From contig CAVNZM010000016.1 of NCBI GenBank assembly GCA_963693365.1, forward strand, positions 2,567,457 through 2,631,456: a DNA stretch of 64,000 bases. Reading direction: 5' to 3'. Shown here in pieces: positions 57,648 to 64,000 of the stretch. The notes below the pieces were generated by a model. The model was not told the origin of the DNA and did not search any database. It saw nothing but the letters and a program-made list of their open reading frames with translations. Positions within the stretch are counted from its first letter, which is position 1. Each line of letters opens with the position of its first letter. A program made the translations under genes and the position numbers. The DNA is from Amoebidium appalachense (lineage: Eukaryota; Protista; Ichthyosporea).

Positions 57648-57920
57648 ATGTTCGACAGCACGGTCACCACAGGCATTCTTTATGTGATATCTATATGCAG
57701 TGTCGTTGCAAATATACACTGGTACAATTTAATGAAGTCCGAACCGAATGCTAGAGAGAAAGTGAACAAAATGTATCTGGTGTACGTCAGCGCTGCTATT
57801 GTCCTCACATGTTTATTGGTTACACCATTGATGTATGCAGTCATATACTATTTCAATAAGAAGACGGGTGCTGCGGAGTACGACACCACTCTGAGACAAA
57901 CAAGTCACTCGGACTTTTAA
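57648..57920 (+). CDS. Small 2-TM protein (90 aa)
   Basis: Two hydrophobic segments (ILYVISICSVVANI and LVYVSAAIVLTCLLVTPLMYAVIYYF); divergent from the CCCH gene. Confidence 0.4.
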   Translation: MFDSTVTTGILYVISICSVVANIHWYNLMKSEPNAREKVNKMYLVYVSAAIVLTCLLVTPLMYAVIYYFNKKTGAAEYDTTLRQTSHSDF

Positions 57921-57944
57921 TCCGATTGACGTGTCACCGCGCCA

Positions 57945-58338
57945 GCGCTGCATACAAAAAGACCCGAAGTGGAGTATACGACAAACCCAGCGCCAGCGCT
58001 TCATACCCAAAGTGGATACAATAAAAAGACAGTTGCTGTGTGTGCAAAGCTGTGTGTGCAAAAAGAGGGGAAATAAGCGCTGCATACAAAAGCCCCGAAG
58101 TGGAGTATACGACAAACCCAGCGCCAGCGCTTCATACCCAAAGTGGATACAATAAAAAGACAGTTGCTGTGTGTGCAAAGCTGTGTGTGCAAAAAGAGGG
58201 GAAATAAGCGCTGCATACAAAAGCCCCGAAGTGGAGTATACGACAAACCCAGCGCCAGCGCTTCATACCCAAAGTGGATACAATAAAAAGACAGTTGCTG
58301 TGTGTGCAAAGCTGTGTGTGCAAAAAGAGGGGAAATAA
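57945..58338. repeat. Tandem repeat, 3 x ~131 bp
   Basis: Units start at 57945, 58077 and 58208 and are nearly identical. Confidence 0.95.
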
Positions 58339-58340
58339 AT

Positions 58341-58437
58341 ACTTTAAACGTGCATGCAATATACATCGATAGACTTATGAAAGCACACAAACTGTGTGCC
58401 ACACGGGCATGCATGCATGGGGAGGGGAGTGTGGGGT

Positions 58438-58471
<34 letters not shown>

Positions 58472-58787
58472 GACTTTGAACGTGCATGCAATTGACTTAT
58501 GAAAGCACACAAACTGTGTGCCACACGGGCATGCATGCATGGGGAGGGAGTGTGGGGAGGGGGGGGGGGGGGGGGGGGGGGGGGAGACTTTGAACGTGCA
58601 TGCAATAGACTTATGAAAGCACACAAACTGTGTGCCACACGGGCATGCATGCATGGGGAGGGAGTGTGGGGTGGGGGGGGGAGGGGGGGGGGGGGGGGGA
58701 GACTTTGAACGTGCATGCAATAGACTTATGAAAGCACACAAACTGTGTGCCACACGGGCATGCATGCATGGGGAGGGAGTGTGGGGT

Positions 58788-58822
<35 letters not shown>

Positions 58823-58909
58823 GACTTTGAACGTGCATGCAATAGACTTATGAAAGCACACAAACTGTGTGCCACACGGGCATGCATGCATGGGGAGGGA
58901 GTGTGGGGT

Positions 58910-58951
<42 letters not shown>

Positions 58952-59032
58952 GACTTTGAACGTGCATAGACTTATGAAAGCACACAAACTGTGTGCACAC
59001 GGGCATGCATGCATGGGGAGGGAGTGTGGGGT

Positions 59033-59071
<39 letters not shown>

Positions 59072-59487
59072 GACTTTGAACGTGCATAGACTTATGAAAG
59101 CACACAAACTGTGTGCACACGGGCATGCATGCATGGGGAGGGAGTGTGGGGTGGGGGGGGAGGGGGGGGGGGGAGACTTTGAACGTGCATGCAATAGACT
59201 TATGAAAGCACACAAACTGTGTGCCACACGGGCATGCATGCATGGGGAGGGAGTGTGGGGAGGGGGGGGGGGGGGGGGGGGGGGGGGAGACTTTGAACGT
59301 GCATGCAATAGACTTATGAAAGCACACAAACTGTGTGCCACACGGGCATGCATGCATGGGGAGGGAGTGTGGGGTGGGGGGGGGGGGGGGGGGGGGGGGA
59401 GACTTTGAACGTGCATGCAATAGACTTATGAAAGCACACAAACTGTGTGCCACACGGGCATGCATGCATGGGGAGGGAGTGTGGGGT

Positions 59488-59531
<44 letters not shown>

Positions 59532-59618
59532 GACTTTGAACGTGCATGCAATAGACTTATGAAAGCACACAAACTGTGTGCCACACGGGCATGCATGCAT
59601 GGGGAGGGAGTGTGGGGT

Positions 59619-59671
<53 letters not shown>

Positions 59672-59752
59672 GACTTTGAACGTGCATAGACTTATGAAAG
59701 CACACAAACTGTGTGCACACGGGCATGCATGCATGGGGAGGGAGTGTGGGGT

Positions 59753-59801
<49 letters not shown>

Positions 59802-59882
59802 GAATTTGAACGTGCATAGACTTATGAAAGCACACAAACTGTGTGCACACGGGCATGCATGCATGGGGAGGGAGTGTGGGGT

Positions 59883-59920
<38 letters not shown>

Positions 59921-60007
59921 GACTTTGAACGTGCATAGACTTATGGAAGCACACAAACTGTGTACCACACGGGCATGCATGCATGGGGAGGGAGTGTGGG
60001 GTGGGGG

Positions 60008-60046
<39 letters not shown>

Positions 60047-60128
60047 GACTTTGAACGTGCATAGACTTATGAAAGCACACAAACTGTGTGCCACACGGGC
60101 ATGCATGCATGGGGAGGGAGTGTGGGGT

Positions 60129-60162
<34 letters not shown>

Positions 60163-60291
60163 GACTTTGAACGTGCATAGACTTATGAAAGCACACAAAC
60201 TGTGTGCCACACGGGCATGCATGCATGGGGAGGGAGTGTGGGGTGGGGGGGAGGGGGGGGGGGGTTGGGGAGACTTTGAACGTGCATGCAA
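58341..60291. repeat. Satellite: 16 units (+1 partial) of a ~80-88-bp core followed by a variable poly-G tract
   Basis: Core AGACTTTGAACGTGCAT(GCAAT)AGACTTATGAAAGCACACAAACTGTGTG(C)CACACGGGCATGCATGCATGGGGAGGGAGTGTGGGGT. Units start at 58341, 58471, 58585, 58700, 58822, 58951, 59071, 59174, 59288, 59400, 59531, 59671, 59801, 59920, 60046, 60162 and 60271. Confidence 0.97.
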
Positions 60292-60360
60292 GTGTGTACC
60301 AAAAGGGACCTGGACTTCTTTGTATACAATCGATATTTAATCGGTTGAAAACAGCAAAAC

Positions 60361-60450
60361 AAGACTTGTACATATTCAATAACCACAAGATACTAAACCA
60401 TCCAGAAGACTTGTACATATATAAACCACAAGATACTAAACCATCCAGAA
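60361..60450. repeat. Tandem duplication, 2 x ~45 bp
   Basis: AAGACTTGTACATAT...AACCACAAGATACTAAACCATCCAG occurs twice. Confidence 0.85.
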
Positions 60451-60635
60451 CCAGAAAAACAAGATGCCTACATGCTATGATCCATAAGATGCTCGTTAAC
60501 ATAAATACAGAAACCGTAAGGTGCTACCAGTATCAACAGTCATATATTAAAATACATCAGCGAGCCCCTGTGGCCATACCCAGCCCCTGACACATACAAC
60601 AAAATCAAAACACACCCCTCACCACTCCCAACCTC

Positions 60636-61788
60636 CTAATCTTGTTCGTCTTCATCACTGTCCCCGTGAATAACATGTATATCTGAAACTTGCTTTGCTC
60701 GTGTCCTGCCACTGCGGGCAGGGGCTGGTTTCTGACTCGGTTTTGGTTTCTTTGCTCGACCACTTTCTTTCCCTTTCTTCCCCTCGACCTTCTCACCCAT
60801 ACCCATCATGTCCTCCAATTCCTCATCTATTGCCCTCTCAAATGCCGTCTCTTCCTGGCGGTGCCGTTTGTACACACCGAAAGAAATATCTGACACTCCT
60901 CTCTTTGAACCCTGGGAATATGCAGAGGGGTTCGACATCATGGAGGGAAGAGAGGCACCAAAAGTGCGGGATTGGGAAAAAGGTGCAGGAGTGCTGGTAA
61001 CGGTGACGAGGGACGGATTGAAGGGGGGTACGGGCATGACAGAGGAGAAACCGGATGAGGGGAGGGCGAGAAGGGGCAGGGGGAGGTTGAGGGGGGTTTT
61101 GGGGTGAGTGGTACCGGGCGGGGGGAGGGTGGGGGTGGGATTTTGATTGGTCGTACCAGGGGGGGGGGATGGGGGGGGCGAGACCGTGTTGGACGGTAAT
61201 GTCGGGGAGGGGCTGGGGGTCATCTTTCCACCCACGAAGTTTCTGTGTGCTCTCGTCGATTGTTCTACGGTATGATTCCCTCATGGTCGCAATGTGTGAC
61301 TGAAGCTTGGTAATCTCGGCCCGGTATTTTTCCCCTTCAGCCTGATGCTCCAGGATATCGGCCACCTTTCCAACAAGCTGCCCTTCGAGGTCCCGATTCT
61401 TTGCCGATAACACCTGTTCCTTTGCATCTGCAAAGTGTTTTTGTTTGGCCGCCGCCGATTTTAGCTCGGCAATTTCCCCCTTAAGGATTTGGATGTCGTG
61501 ATCCTTCGTTTGTAATTCTTTCTCTGCGGCTTCCAGCTTCTCCTGCAATTCGGTGGTTGGGGTGGTGACAGCGGGTGCAGTGGCCGCAGTACCGACCTTT
61601 GCCAATGCAGAGGCAATGGCACTGTCTACTTTCGACTGCAACACAGTCTCCAAGTACTCTTCGAACATTTTTGGATCGACGGGAGCAGTGTCGCCGTAGT
61701 GTGGGGGGGGGTTGGATGGGGGGGGGACTTCGCCGCCGGAGTGTGGGGGGGGTTCATCAGCAATCTTGTTCGGCGATCCGGATCCCAT
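60636..61788 (-). CDS. Intronless coiled-coil / Pro-rich / basic-acidic-tail protein, frameshifted near 61235-61280
   Basis: Coiled coil ELQEKLEAAEKELQTKDHDIQILKGEIAELK in one frame. A coherent P/S/T-rich linker, NLS-like KKPKP/RSGRTRAK and DSDEDEQD* tail lie in the adjacent frame. Confidence 0.55.
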
Positions 61789-62129
61789 CCAGGACACCTT
61801 TTGGGGGTCCTCCCACCATATCCACCCCACACATCCACCACAACCTACCTACATGATGACATCTAGATGGGATGTGGGGGTCGTAAACAATTTGGATGGC
61901 CACTATCCATAACTCATCTATGATGTCCAGGAGGGGATAAAGGGGACTTGATATCATCCATCATCCAGAACAGCACCGCAAGGCATCTACTATGGTGTCA
62001 TGAAATGATCTACAACCCATCCTAAATGCATATTAAATGCCCCGATGTTCAAAATTTTTCAAACACAATTTGGTGGGGTTTGGGTGGTGATATGGACCAT
62101 CTAAAGACCACATCAAATGCTCTTTTCTT

Positions 62130-63420
62130 GTACCCATCCCAAAGTACACCCTAAGTACTCCAGGACGTCCAAGTGTACTTCTAGTTTATTTCCGGTGCAC
62201 ATAGACATTATATGGACCACTTTATATGATCATATTTTCTTCCCATCCATTTCTACCCCCTAAGTCCCCTATGATGTCCAAGACTAGTTTTAGTGCATTT
62301 TATACGATCCATATTGTTTTTTCGCTGTTATATGCACAACATATGCACTTTTAATGATCGACAAAGTGTCTGTATGTGCTCTTGTAGATGGACCTCATCC
62401 ACGACGTCATAGATGGTATGTGGATTGGGTGGTGCACATGATAGGCATATATGGTTGCTTTAATGTTGCTGGACGCTATTCCTGGTATACAGCATCTTTT
62501 TGACGTCTTTAAGTGGTCCTTTAATGAACCTTTTAGGAACATTTAGTTGTCATGAGGGAAAACCATATTTGCATCTTATATGGCCTTTACGTGGTCTTTG
62601 AGATGCCTTTCGGATGGTCATCATGAGGTTTCTGGGATGGGTTTGTGACATCTTTTTGACCCTGGCTCGATCGATTCCGTGCACTTGAAGGCATCTACAT
62701 GTGGACCTATGGTGTTGATGATGTGGTATTACAGATCTCTGAATATCCTATCCTTTTCCCATCCATATGTACCCCCTAGGTACCCTCAGATGTCTAAGTG
62801 TATTTCTGGTGCATATTATATCATCATTCCTGAATTATCCCTGTTCTAGGCACAGCATGTGCACTTTATGATATCTAGTTAGGGTCTCTATGTGATCTTT
62901 GCGATGGTCCACATCCACGACGTCATAGATGGTTTGTGGATTACCCGGTGCACATGATAGGCATATATAGATGCTATAATGTTGCTGGATGCAATTCTCA
63001 TACTAGAATGGAGTCCACAACATCTCTCTAGGGTCTTTAAATGGTCCTTGTATGCACTTTTCAGGAGCCGTTAGTTGTCTGAAGATGAATCTATATATGC
63101 ACATTATGGTGTCTTGCAATTGTCCCTTTGATGTGTTTTGGATGGTCATCATGAGATTCCTGGGATGGGTTCGAGGCATCTTTTGGACCCAGGCTAGATC
63201 GATTCCGTGCACTTTTAAGCATCGCAAGATGGACATCAGGTGAATGTAAAGATGCTATATTGATAAGTTCTGATATCTTTTTAGCCATAAACTTATACCA
63301 TTTGGATGTCAACATGTATATAATGATATCAGCAGGAGAATGTAAAGATGCTATAACGATAAGTTCTGATATCTTTTTCGTAGTAAACCTATACTATTTG
63401 GATGTCAATATATACCTAAA
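62130..63420. repeat. Diverged direct repeats: ~515-bp period pair (62242-62696 / 62758-63223) and 96-bp pair (63237 / 63333)
   Basis: Shared blocks include CATCCACGACGTCATAGATGGT, GGTGCACATGATAGGCATATAT and GATCGATTCCGTGCACTT. The region is rich in GATG/CATC motifs and has no microsatellites. Confidence 0.85.
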
Positions 63421-64000
63421 AGGTTGGGTTGCAGTCCACTTAAACTTCTGACATCGGCACAGCGCCTATATGTTACAGGCTACTGACACACGTGAAAACC
63501 AAACCCCCTACACCCCCACTCATCAACAAACAGAAAATTTACTCTGCGTCTTCGCCCATCTCCTCGTCTGGCTCTGGCCCAGCCTGTCCGAGAAACAACT
63601 CTTGTGCTTGTTGTAATACGTAGTATTTACATATGGTAAGATCTTCTCAGTTTGTGTTATGTTTCAGTTCATATGCTTAGTGTAAATGCCACACTCCTAT
63701 TATGTAAAGTGTAGCATCGATCTCCGATATGCTTGTATACTTGTAATCGTGTTGTATCGGCTTTAATCGTGTATTGTAATATCGATTAGAATATTTATAT
63801 GTGTGTACACGGATCCACCCACTCAGGGAGAGACGTGTACATGTTCGTGTGTACATAAATATCTCTGGTTATAGTTATGCTATTACTATCTTGTTTGTTG
63901 ATCTGTGCTCTCTTTTCCTTCCTCTTTCTCCTTCCTTATTTTCTTTTCTTTCTCTCCTTGTCTTCATGTGTATAATCGTATTTCTTTTCTACTAATATAT

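Noticed and set aside
58341-60291. CRISPR-like repeat-spacer appearance
   Set aside because: The spacers are only poly-G, the repeats are over 80 bp, there are no cas genes, and the context is eukaryotic.
58001-60502. 400-470-aa repetitive ORFs across the satellite
   Set aside because: The frame changes with arbitrary poly-C length, so they are a by-product of the repeat.

Overview
Eukaryotic genomic DNA; an opisthokont, probably a unicellular holozoan, is inferred from the animal-like seipin and the GT-AG introns with CTAAC branch points. Introns and intergenic DNA are saturated with (CA)n, (GA)n and poly-G/C tracts, so most entries in the ORF track are spurious. Genes I can support: a 5-exon seipin (minus, 10515-18049); two tandem paralogous coiled-coil/single-TM genes (19232-26740 and 28267-35264); an intronless GH114 hydrolase; a frameshifted multi-TM gene; and two small orphans. 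Mobile DNA: three or four 3' fragments of a non-LTR retrotransposon family, three MITEs, a decayed DxxH-type DDE transposase with a CXC domain, and an intronless, element-like block (56.9-63.4 kb) containing a G-tract satellite with a higher-order repeat. The most unusual signals are (1) a ~260-280-nt multi-helix RNA structure with compensatory changes, conserved in the LINE 3' UTRs; (2) tandem 'echoes' of splice junctions inside introns, one set with a polar divergence gradient; and (3) a 28-bp element with tandem forkhead-like sites 650-890 bp upstream of three genes. All alignments, folds and family assignments were made by eye and from memory; none were computed.
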